12,120 bases of DNA. It comes from Acidimicrobiia bacterium. Its GTDB lineage: Bacteria > Actinomycetota > Acidimicrobiia > Spongiisociales > Spongiisociaceae. Both the position numbers and the translations under genes were made by a program. Positions within the stretch are counted from its first letter, which is position 1. Every line of letters starts with the position of its first letter. Of this stretch, positions 1 to 7,556 are shown piece after piece. Below the pieces are notes generated by a model. That model searched no databases. It was not told the origin of the DNA and worked only from the letters and a program-made list of their open reading frames with translations. The stretch lies in assembly GCA_041576165.1 (NCBI GenBank), contig JBFGLM010000088.1, positions 1-12,120 of the forward strand, read 5' to 3'.

Positions 1-67
1 AGCGAACCTCGCGCAACGGGCCGCCGGTTGAGGCCACAAACCGCACCCGCGGTACCCTGTCGCTCAC

Positions 68-1546
68 ATGTTCGAATCACTGACTGATCGGATCACTGGG
101 ATCCTCGACGGATTGCGCGGCCGCGGCCGCCTGGCGGAGGCAGACGTCGACGCTGCGCTCCGGGAGGTACGGCTGGCGTTGCTCGAAGCCGACGTCAACG
201 TGGGCGTGGCTCGCAACTTCTTGGATCGCATCCGGGACCAGGCAGTCGGCGTTGAGGTCACGAGGTCCCTCACTCCCGGACAGCAGGTCATCAAGTTGGT
301 CCATGAGTCGCTCATCGAGACGCTCGGGCACGAGGCTGTTTCGCTGGCCAAAGCAGCCAAGCCTCCATTGACCATCATGATGGTCGGTCTTCAGGGATCA
401 GGTAAGACCACGTCGACGGGCAAGCTGGCCCGGAAGCTGAAGTCTGAGGGCCGACGCCCGCTGCTCGTTGCAGCAGATCTCCAGCGCCCGGCCGCTATCG
501 ACCAGCTGGAGACGCTCGGTGAGCGCATTGGCGTCTCCGTCTTCTCGGACCGCAAGACCAAGCCCACCCGGCTCGTCAAGGCGGCGATGAAACACGCAGA
601 CCGCGACCACCACGACGTCGTCCTGATCGACACAGCCGGGCGGCTTCAGGTCGACCGCGAACTGATGGCTGAACTGGCCGATATTCGCAAGATTGTCGAG
701 CCGGACGAAGTGCTGCTGGTGGTCGACGCCATGACCGGCCAAGACGCAGTCAACGTGGCCCAGGGCTTCCTGGAATACACCTCGTTGACCGGCATCGTGC
801 TCTCGAAACTCGACGGTGACGCCCGCGGTGGTGCGGCCATCAGCGTACGGGAGGTCACCGGATGTCCCATCAAATACGCGGGCATCGGCGAGGGCCTGGA
901 CGACCTCGAGGTCTTCCATCCGGAGCGGATGGCATCGCGAATTCTCGGCATGGGCGATGTGCTCACCCTGATCGAGAAGGCCGAGGAGGCTTGGGACGAA
1001 GCCGAGGCCGAAGAGATGGCCGAGAAAATGCTCGAGGCGACGTTCAACTTCGAGGACTTCCTCGAGCAGTTCCAGCAGATCCGCAAGATGGGGCCGCTGG
1101 GCGATTTGCTTGGTATGCTGCCCGGCGCTCGTTCCGCCTTCAAGGACGTCGAGATCTCGGATAGGGATCTGGGTCGCGTCGAGGCGATCATCCGGTCGAT
1201 GACCCCAGATGAACGTCGCGACCCGAAACTGATGAACGGGAGCCGCAAGCGGCGCATCGCTGCAGGTTCTGGGACGACGGCTCAAGAGGTGAACTCGCTG
1301 CTGAAGCAGTTCAACGAGACACAGAAGATGATGAAGTCGCTTTCGTCCGGCAAGGGCATTCCCGGCTTGGGGAAGCTTGCAGGACTCGGTGACGCCTCCG
1401 GATTGGCCCCGGAGGCGGGGCGGGGCGGACGTCAAGCACGCAGGGAAAGCCAGAAAGTGGCGACTCAGACCGCGGCCCAGCCGTCCTCTCGCAAGGGTGG
1501 GACACCGCGCACCAGCAAGAAGAATCAGAAGAAAAAGAAGAGGTGA
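68..1546 (+). CDS. ffh: Signal recognition particle protein Ffh (SRP54), 492 aa
   Basis: MFESLTDRI start; SRP GTPase motifs [33 protein letters not shown]; Met-rich M domain with RRIAAGSG; Gly-rich then Lys-rich C-terminal tail. Confidence 0.98.
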   Translation: MFESLTDRITGILDGLRGRGRLAEADVDAALREVRLALLEADVNVGVARNFLDRIRDQAVGVEVTRSLTPGQQVIKLVHESLIETLGHEAVSLAKAAKPPLTIMMVGLQGSGKTTSTGKLARKLKSEGRRPLLVAADLQRPAAIDQLETLGERIGVSVFSDRKTKPTRLVKAAMKHADRDHHDVVLIDTAGRLQVDRELMAELADIRKIVEPDEVLLVVDAMTGQDAVNVAQGFLEYTSLTGIVLSKLDGDARGGAAISVREVTGCPIKYAGIGEGLDDLEVFHPERMASRILGMGDVLTLIEKAEEAWDEAEAEEMAEKMLEATFNFEDFLEQFQQIRKMGPLGDLLGMLPGARSAFKDVEISDRDLGRVEAIIRSMTPDERRDPKLMNGSRKRRIAAGSGTTAQEVNSLLKQFNETQKMMKSLSSGKGIPGLGKLAGLGDASGLAPEAGRGGRQARRESQKVATQTAAQPSSRKGGTPRTSKKNQKKKKR

Positions 1547-1550
1547 TGGC

Positions 1551-1991
1551 ATGGCGGTGAAGATCCGCCTCATGCGAATGGGCAAGAAGAAGCAGCCGAC
1601 CTACCGGGTCGTGGTCGCCGACTCGAGGTCGCCGCGCGACGGGCGCATCATCGAGAGCATCGGTCGATATGACCCACGCCAGGAGCCCTCGCTGATAGAG
1701 GTTGACAACGAACGGGCGTTGCACTGGCTGGGAGTGGGGGCGCAACCGACCGAGCGGGTGCAAAAACTGCTCGAAATCAGCGGAGCGTGGGCGCGCCACA
1801 AGATCGCCCGGGGCGAGGTGTACACGGTTCCGTCCCGGCCGGAAACCCCGGCCGAGGAGGAGCCTGGCGGTGAAGCACCGCCTGTGGAGGCGGCAGCCGA
1901 CGGTCCGGCCCCTGACACAGCGGCCGGCGCGGAGCAGCCGGACGACGTGTCCGATACTGAGGCAGCTGACGCAGGTACCGAAGAGGAGTGA
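1551..1991 (+). CDS. rpsP: 30S ribosomal protein S16 with acidic Ala/Pro/Glu-rich C-terminal extension (146 aa)
   Basis: [42 protein letters not shown]...[12 protein letters not shown]. Start moved to ATG 1551, after a GAGGTG RBS, rather than the ORF-track start at 1377. Conserved synteny after ffh. Confidence 0.98.
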   Translation: MAVKIRLMRMGKKKQPTYRVVVADSRSPRDGRIIESIGRYDPRQEPSLIEVDNERALHWLGVGAQPTERVQKLLEISGAWARHKIARGEVYTVPSRPETPAEEEPGGEAPPVEAAADGPAPDTAAGAEQPDDVSDTEAADAGTEEE

Positions 1992-2242
1992 CCGTGAGCG
2001 GGGACATTGTCGAAAAAGTGGTTCGGTACGTGGTCTGCGAGATCGTCGAAAACGATGACGAGGTCGAGATCACAATGATCCAGGAGGGGCCGGAGGACGT
2101 TGTTGCCGAAGTGAGGACGGCGAAAGCGGACATGGGCCGCGTTATCGGGCGGCGAGGGCGTGTTGCTCGCGCGATCCGCACGGTCGCCCAGGCCGCCGCC
2201 GAGGAAGAGGGCCTCAACGCTGGGGTGGAGTTCCTCGACTGA
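1988..2242 (+). CDS. khpA: KH-domain RNA-binding protein KhpA (YlqC/UPF0109)
   Basis: [19 protein letters not shown] (KH GxxG loop); GTGA overlap with the rpsP stop; canonical position between rpsP and rimM. GTG 1994 is an alternative start. Confidence 0.93.
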   Translation: MTVSGDIVEKVVRYVVCEIVENDDEVEITMIQEGPEDVVAEVRTAKADMGRVIGRRGRVARAIRTVAQAAAEEEGLNAGVEFLD

Positions 2243-2246
2243 GGCC

Positions 2247-2768
2247 GTGGACCGGGTTTTCGTAGGTTCGATCGGCCGGGCCCACGGCGTCAAAGGCGCC
2301 GTGGTTGTTCGGCCCGACTCCGATCATCCTGCTCGCTTCGATCCCGGCTCCCGGCTGCTCACCGACCTGACGGGCCGCCCCGTCGTCGAGATTGTCCAGG
2401 CAACACCCGACGGGAAGGGCAATCTGATTGTCCGGTTTGCCGGCGTTTCCGATCGCACGGCGGCCGAAGGATTGCGTGGCGCCGAACTGTTCATCACCGC
2501 CGGCGACCGGCGTCCACTGTCGGATGGTGAGTACTGGTCGGAGGATCTGGTTGGGCTCGAGGTGCGGGTGGCCGGCGAATCGGTCGGCCGCATCACCGAT
2601 GTGGATCTCGATGCGGCCCAGACTCGGATCACAGTGGCGCTCACCAGCGGGGGATCGGCCGACGTTCCTTTCGTTGAGCCGCTGGTGCCGGTCGTGGACC
2701 TGATCGCCGGGTACGTCGAGATCGCCGACGTCGAAGGATTGCTCACCGAGACTCGAGGTCGATCGTGA
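2247..2768 (+). CDS. rimM: Ribosome maturation factor RimM (about 173 aa)
   Basis: VGSIGRAHGVKGAVVV, DRTAAEGLRG, EYWSEDLVGLEV, VPFVEPLVPVVD. Start placed at GTG 2247, just after the khpA stop. Synteny. Confidence 0.95.
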   Translation: MDRVFVGSIGRAHGVKGAVVVRPDSDHPARFDPGSRLLTDLTGRPVVEIVQATPDGKGNLIVRFAGVSDRTAAEGLRGAELFITAGDRRPLSDGEYWSEDLVGLEVRVAGESVGRITDVDLDAAQTRITVALTSGGSADVPFVEPLVPVVDLIAGYVEIADVEGLLTETRGRS

Positions 2769-3597
2769 CCCCGGTGCGGGAGCCGTCTGCGGGCGACTGA
2801 CCTCCGACGAAGAGCTGGAAAGGGCCCTCGGGTACCTGCTCCAGGGTCATGAGGAAGGATCCCCACGTCTCGACGTATGCCGCGGAGGCCGTGACTCGCT
2901 CTTCTGCGGTCCCGGCGCCGTCAGTGACCCGCCCGATCACTTGCCCGTCGAGTGTTCGCGCATAGCCGGTGACCTGCAGGGGCGGGCTCACCACCGGATC
3001 AATCGGAGAGGTCACGACGATCAAATCGGAGGTGACCGGACCAGCTGGAGGCTCGGCATCCGAAGGGCGCAACTCGACCACCAGCCGAGCGGGCGTGCGG
3101 TTGGTCATGAGACGGGCCTCGGCCGCACCGCCCAGAATCACATCGACGAAGATGCGACCATTGAGATCCCGTACCACGTAGGCACGCTGGGCGATCGACC
3201 CCTCGAACACCGACTCGGCCAGTGCGCTCGACTGCACGACCGTGCTAAAACTGACTCGGACGATCCCCAAATCGGCCAGCAGCTCGACCTGCGCCGGGCT
3301 CAGCTGAGTGGCCGGTGCTCCGCCCCGGGTGGCGAACTCCAGCGTGACTCGCTCACATTCCGGCTGGGTGTCGAGGCTGATGGACAGGATCTGTTCGGTG
3401 TCGCCCGAGCCGTCGCCGACCCGACCCAGCGGCCCGGCGGCCACATAACCGCCCGTGCCACAGTCGGCTCCTGCGGCCTCGGCGGTCGCTGGAGCGGCAG
3501 TGGAGGTGTCGCCGGCCGTATCGGGGACCGTCGGACCGTTGACCGAGGTGGTGCAGGAGGTCACCAGCAGCGCCAGGCCGACGACGATGTGTCTCAC
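2743..3597 (-). CDS. Putative lipoprotein: AMIN-like beta domain plus C-terminal Gmad2-like Ig domain
   Basis: Signal peptide and lipobox MRHIVVGLALLVTS-C from GTG 3597; Thr/Ala/Pro linker; CERVTLEF...PARLVVEL resembles actinobacterial AMIN-like domains; IVVTSP...PLQVTGYART...WGSF resembles Gmad2. Domain calls are by eye. Confidence 0.7.
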   Translation of the reverse strand: MRHIVVGLALLVTSCTTSVNGPTVPDTAGDTSTAAPATAEAAGADCGTGGYVAAGPLGRVGDGSGDTEQILSISLDTQPECERVTLEFATRGGAPATQLSPAQVELLADLGIVRVSFSTVVQSSALAESVFEGSIAQRAYVVRDLNGRIFVDVILGGAAEARLMTNRTPARLVVELRPSDAEPPAGPVTSDLIVVTSPIDPVVSPPLQVTGYARTLDGQVIGRVTDGAGTAEERVTASAAYVETWGSFLMTLEQVPEGPFQLFVGGQSPADGSRTGVTIDLESR

Positions 3598-3664
3598 GGA
3601 GCGCGAGGGTACAGCACCCGTCCGGCTCAAGTAATTGGACCGCCGTTCCGATACCGGTAGCTAG

Positions 3665-4246
3665 ATGGTAGGGGTCCTCCGCGCGACGTTGTTGTTCGCC
3701 GCCGTCCTGAGCTTGATCGGGATCGGCGCCGTCGCCGCGATGGCCCAGGAATCACCGGTAGAAGCCTTTCCGCACCTCGACGAAGACGCCAACTACAAAG
3801 ACGACTTTGGCGTGTTCGCCCGTGACCGGATTCACATGGGCATCGACATCTTCTCACCCAAAGGAACGCCGATTGTGGCGGTCGCCGACGGGTTCGTGGT
3901 CCGGATGGCGAAGGGAACCAAGGCTGGGTATTACATCGTGGTTCGCCACGCCGAAGGGTGGGCTTCCTACTACCTGCACCTCGACAACGACGTCCGCGGC
4001 GACGACGGCCGGGGAGGCCGGGGCACCGCCTTCGCTGACGGCGTCAGCGTGGGGGACTACGTAGAGGCCGGCACCGTCATCGGCTACGTGGGCGATTCAG
4101 GCAACGCAGAGGGCACACCATCTCACACCCATTTCGAGCTCCACTACAGAGGTAGGCAGGTCGACCCGTGGCCGTATGTCCATCGGGCGATGCAACGCTG
4201 GAAGCTGCGCACCGACATCATCGAAGGCAACACCCCGTTTCGCTGA
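3665..4246 (+). CDS. Secreted M23-family Zn metallopeptidase (peptidoglycan endopeptidase-like)
   Basis: N-terminal signal peptide (AAMA|QE); HMGID (HxxxD), GTPIVAVADG, YYLHL, IGYVGDSGNA, SHTHFE (HxH), VDP. Confidence 0.93.
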   Translation: MVGVLRATLLFAAVLSLIGIGAVAAMAQESPVEAFPHLDEDANYKDDFGVFARDRIHMGIDIFSPKGTPIVAVADGFVVRMAKGTKAGYYIVVRHAEGWASYYLHLDNDVRGDDGRGGRGTAFADGVSVGDYVEAGTVIGYVGDSGNAEGTPSHTHFELHYRGRQVDPWPYVHRAMQRWKLRTDIIEGNTPFR

Positions 4247-4268
4247 TCGACCTCCGCCACCGGCCCTG

Positions 4269-5294
4269 TCACGCCGGCACGGGGTCGGGCAGCCGTCCCA
4301 GGCGTTCGATCAGATCCACAACCCGGTTCGAATAACCCCATTCGTTGTCGTACCACGACATGACCTTGATCAGGTTGTCTCCGAGCACTTGCGTCGCGTT
4401 GGCATCGAATATGCTCGAGTGCGGGTTGCCGATGATGTCGGTGGACACCAGCGGCTCCTCTGAATATTCGAGGATGCCGCGCATGTCGCCCTGCGCAGCA
4501 TTGCGCACCGCTTCGCGGATCCGGTCCGCATCGACCGGCTGCTCGACCTCGACCACCAGATCGACGGTGCTTCCGTCGGGCACCGGCACCCGCATGGCCA
4601 TCCCGTCCAGCTTGCCCTGCAGCTTGGGGAGCACCTCGCCAACCGCCTTGGCTGCGCCGGTGGTCGTCGGGATGATGTTCTCGGTGGCGGCTCTCGACCG
4701 GCGTAGATCCTTGTGGGGCACATCGGCCAGCCGCTGGTCATTGGTGTATGCGTGTACGGTTGTCATGACACCGCGTTTGATGCCGAACGAGTCGTCCAGC
4801 ACCTTGGCGAGCGGCGCCAGACAATTCGTGGTGCACGACGCATTCGAGACGATCCGGTCGGAGGCGTCCAATTCCTCATCATTGACGCCCAGGACAACTG
4901 TGGCGTCGATTTCGTCCTTGGCGGGAACCGTCAGCAACACCCGCTTGGCGCCTGCCTCCAGATGTTTCTCCAACGACGCCCGGTCGCGGAAGACGCCCGT
5001 TGATTCCACTACGACATCCACGTCCAAGTCCCGCCACGGCAGCTGGGCCGGATCACGTTCCATCAACATCTGGACGTGGTGCCCGCCCACGGTCATCACT
5101 CCTTCGCCCAGCGTCACCTTCGAATCGAGTGCGCCCATCACGGTGTCGTAGCGAAGCAGGTATGCGAGCACCTCATCATCGGCCAGGTCGTTGATCGCCA
5201 CCACATCGATGTCGCTGTCCTGACGCTCCATGATGATCCTGAACACAGCGCGGCCAATTCGGCCGAACCCGTTGATTGCGACCCGGGTCGTCAT
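4269..5294 (-). CDS. gap: Type I glyceraldehyde-3-phosphate dehydrogenase, catalytically intact (341 aa), probably NAD-preferring
   Basis: INGFGRIGR, AINDL, ESTG, NASCTTNCLAP (catalytic Cys codon TGC at 4833-4835), TTVHAYT, IPTTTGAA, RVP, WYDNEWGYS. ATG 5294 is preceded by GAGGAGG. Confidence 0.97.
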   Translation of the reverse strand: MTTRVAINGFGRIGRAVFRIIMERQDSDIDVVAINDLADDEVLAYLLRYDTVMGALDSKVTLGEGVMTVGGHHVQMLMERDPAQLPWRDLDVDVVVESTGVFRDRASLEKHLEAGAKRVLLTVPAKDEIDATVVLGVNDEELDASDRIVSNASCTTNCLAPLAKVLDDSFGIKRGVMTTVHAYTNDQRLADVPHKDLRRSRAATENIIPTTTGAAKAVGEVLPKLQGKLDGMAMRVPVPDGSTVDLVVEVEQPVDADRIREAVRNAAQGDMRGILEYSEEPLVSTDIIGNPHSSIFDANATQVLGDNLIKVMSWYDNEWGYSNRVVDLIERLGRLPDPVPA

Positions 5295-6310
5295 GCTGGT
5301 ACCTCCTCGAGCTGTGACAGCAATTCGAGTGTCTCCACGATCCGCACGGAATACCCCCAACCGTTGTCGAACCACACGATGAATTTGACCATGGTCTCTG
5401 CCATCGTCATGGTTGCCAGGCTGTCGTAGATACCTGAGTGCTGGCTGCCCCACACGTCGGTCGAAACGATCGGGTCGATCTGATACTCGAGGATGCCGGC
5501 GTATTTGCCCTGGGCCGCGGCCCGCACTGCTTCGTTTACCTCGTCCTTGGTGGCCGCACGTTTGAAAATCGCGACCGCGTCGACCGTCGATCCGTTTTCG
5601 ACCGGGACGTTCAGCGCCATCGCCGACAGCTTCCCGGCCAGCTGCGGAAACACTTGGGACAGGATCTCGGGTGAGTTGGTCTCGGCCGGGATGATGTTCT
5701 CACCTGCGGCCCGGCTCGTCCGGAAGCCCTCGGTCGGGACGTCGGCGAGGCGCTCACGATTGGTATACGCATGCACGGTCGTGAAGAACATCCGCTCGAT
5801 TCCGAACTCCGAATCGAGCACGTCCAGCACCGGGGCCAGCGCATTAGACGTGTTGGAGCCCATCGCGATGATCCGGTTCTCCGGTGTCACAACCTCGTCG
5901 TTCACCCCCTTCAACAGGATCGGCAGATCGTTGGGATCTTCGGGCGTCGACGCCAGGATGACCCGACCTGCACCGCGTTCGAGGTGTTTCTCACACCAGG
6001 CCCGCGTGCGGTACTTGCCCGTCGCTTCTACCACTGTCGACACACCGAGATCGCTCCAGTCAACGCCGCCAGGTTCACGGACGTTCACGATCGGGATTCG
6101 GGCGTCTTCCACTACCAGGGTGCTGCCATCGAGGGAGACCGTCTTCGAGAAGCGTCCGTAGATCGAGTCGTACTTGAGCAGATAGGCCAGCGCTTCGGGT
6201 TCGGCGACGTCGACAATCGCTCCCACCTTGGGGCCGTCGGCCGCATTCAGCAGCCGGAAAACGTTGCGGCCGATCCGGCCAAACCCCATGAGGCCGATTT
6301 GTTGCGCCAC
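5291..6310 (-). CDS. GAPDH-like protein lacking the catalytic cysteine (339 aa); probable pseudoenzyme or non-catalytic GAPDH paralogue
   Basis: Collinear with gap over its full length (MGFGRIGR, YLLKYDS, EATG, TTVHAYTN, RLADVP, WFDNGWGYS), but the active-site motif reads MGSNTSNALAP. GTG 6310 is preceded by GAGGTG. The stop overlaps the gap start (ATGA). Confidence 0.9.
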   Translation of the reverse strand: MAQQIGLMGFGRIGRNVFRLLNAADGPKVGAIVDVAEPEALAYLLKYDSIYGRFSKTVSLDGSTLVVEDARIPIVNVREPGGVDWSDLGVSTVVEATGKYRTRAWCEKHLERGAGRVILASTPEDPNDLPILLKGVNDEVVTPENRIIAMGSNTSNALAPVLDVLDSEFGIERMFFTTVHAYTNRERLADVPTEGFRTSRAAGENIIPAETNSPEILSQVFPQLAGKLSAMALNVPVENGSTVDAVAIFKRAATKDEVNEAVRAAAQGKYAGILEYQIDPIVSTDVWGSQHSGIYDSLATMTMAETMVKFIVWFDNGWGYSVRIVETLELLSQLEEVPA

Positions 6311-6339
6311 GGTCACCTCGCAGATTTGAAGAATCGCCG

Positions 6340-6345
6340 ACAGTA
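6340..6345 (-). promoter_or_regulatory. Putative -10 element for the gap-like/gap operon
   Basis: TACTGT (TAnnnT) on the minus strand in a locally AT-richer stretch about 30 nt upstream of GTG 6310 and its GAGGTG RBS. Confidence 0.35.
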
Positions 6346-6399
6346 CTACACAAATCCTCCGCTCTTGCCGGGTCGGTTGTCCCGGCGATTTCGGATCCG

Positions 6400-6408
6400 T
6401 GATAGCGT
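6400..6408 (+). promoter_or_regulatory. Putative extended -10 promoter for a leaderless or near-leaderless cofG transcript
   Basis: TGA-TAGCGT (TGn-TAnnnT) 8 nt upstream of ATG 6417, with no Shine-Dalgarno. Confidence 0.45.
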
Positions 6409-6416
6409 CCCGGGCC

Positions 6417-7553
6417 ATGGCTCACCCGGCACCCGACCGTGCGCTGGCGATCGATTATCTCGATGGCGTCGTCGACGCCCGTCCCCTGTTTGCCGAGGCA
6501 ACGCGCCTACGCGATGAGGGTAAGGGCCGTACCATCACCTTCAGCCCCAAGGTCTTCGTCCCCTTGACCACCCTCTGCAACGACATCTGTTCCTACTGCA
6601 CGTTTGCCAAACCGCCCGGCGCGGGCGGTCAGTATCTCGAGCCGGAAGACGTTGCCGCCATCGTGGGCGCGGGCGACCGCGCCCGCTGTACGGAGGCACT
6701 TTTCACGTTGGGTGACCGTCCGGAGGCTCGCTGGCCGGCGGCCCGGGCTTGGCTCGACGCGCACAATTATGCCTCGACGCTGGATTACGTCCGGGCCATG
6801 TCCGAGCTGGTGGTCGAGACGAGCGGTCTCTTCCCGCATGCCAACCCCGGCGTGATGGACGATGCCGCAGTGGAGATGCTGCGACCGACCAATGTCTCGA
6901 TGGGCCTGATGCTCGAGAACATTTCTCCCCGCTTGACCGAACCGGGCATGCCGCATCACGGCAGCCCCGACAAGGACCCGCAGGTCCGGGTAGCGACGAT
7001 CGAAGCCGCCGGGCGGCAGCACGTTCCATTCACCTCAGGAATCCTCGTCGGCATCGGTGAGACGAACGAGGAGATCGTCGACAGCCTCTTGGCGCTGGCC
7101 GAGCTCCACCAGCGATGGGGCCACATTCAAGAGATCATCGTCCAGAACTTCCGAGCCAAGGCCGATACTCGCATGCGGCGTTCGGCCGAACCGGTGCCTT
7201 ATTGGTTCGCCCGGGTGATTGCGATCGCCCGCTGGATCCTGGGGCCGGAGATGAACCTGCAGGTGCCGCCCAACCTGACCGAGAGCTATGAGACCTATCT
7301 GGCGGCCGGTATCAATGACTGGGGCGGGGTTTCGCCGCTGACAATCGACTGGGTCAATCCCGAGGCGCCGTGGCCGCATCTCACGGAACTCCGCCGTCGG
7401 ACCGCGACCGCCGGCTTCCGCCTCCGGCCACGTTTGCCTGTGTACCCGGAGTTCATTTCTGAGCATTGGGTCGACGCCCGGCTGTTGCGCCGGGTCGACG
7501 CCGCGGTGGACGCTGACGGATATGCAGCCGCCCCCCAGGCGGCGGGGGTGTAG
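6417..7553 (+). CDS. cofG: 7,8-didemethyl-8-hydroxy-5-deazariboflavin (FO) synthase subunit CofG, radical SAM (F420 biosynthesis)
   Basis: TFSPKVFVPLTTLCNDICSYCTF (CxxxCxxC at 6576-6599), EALFTLGDRPE, LFPHANPG, SMGLMLE, PDKDP, FTSGILVGIGET, HIQEIIVQNFRAK, AGINDWGGVSP, NPEAPWP. GTG 6399 is an alternative start. Confidence 0.95.
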   Translation: MAHPAPDRALAIDYLDGVVDARPLFAEATRLRDEGKGRTITFSPKVFVPLTTLCNDICSYCTFAKPPGAGGQYLEPEDVAAIVGAGDRARCTEALFTLGDRPEARWPAARAWLDAHNYASTLDYVRAMSELVVETSGLFPHANPGVMDDAAVEMLRPTNVSMGLMLENISPRLTEPGMPHHGSPDKDPQVRVATIEAAGRQHVPFTSGILVGIGETNEEIVDSLLALAELHQRWGHIQEIIVQNFRAKADTRMRRSAEPVPYWFARVIAIARWILGPEMNLQVPPNLTESYETYLAAGINDWGGVSPLTIDWVNPEAPWPHLTELRRRTATAGFRLRPRLPVYPEFISEHWVDARLLRRVDAAVDADGYAAAPQAAGV

Positions 7554-7556
7554 CGA

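Noticed and set aside
398-1585. Long antisense or alternative-frame ORFs (for example 398-1585, 4345-5151, 5771-6517, 8358-9470, 9125-10630)
   Set aside because: Shadow ORFs expected in high-GC DNA opposite well-supported genes, with no recognisable motifs.
1330-1991. Lys-rich Ffh tail and acidic S16 tail as novel domains
   Set aside because: Low-complexity C-terminal extensions on Ffh and S16 are common in Actinobacteria.
4269-5305. Both GAPDH homologues end in VPA-stop
   Set aside because: Only three residues, and the upstream gene's end is constrained by the overlapping RBS and start of gap; probably coincidental.
5291-6310. Second gap copy as erythrose-4-phosphate dehydrogenase (epd), NADP-dependent GapB, or arsenate-resistance GAPDH
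   Set aside because: All of these retain the SCTTNC catalytic Cys, which is absent here; no arsJ or pdx genes are adjacent.
5291-6310. Second gap copy as a pseudogene
   Set aside because: There is no frameshift or internal stop. It is full length with GC-rich codon usage, an RBS and translational coupling, and the key changes cluster at substrate-binding positions.
7551-7553. Pyrrolysine or recoded amber codon between cofG and cofH
   Set aside because: No pyl machinery is in view, the position is a linker rather than an active site, and CofG is complete at this point. Kept only as a low-interest frame observation.
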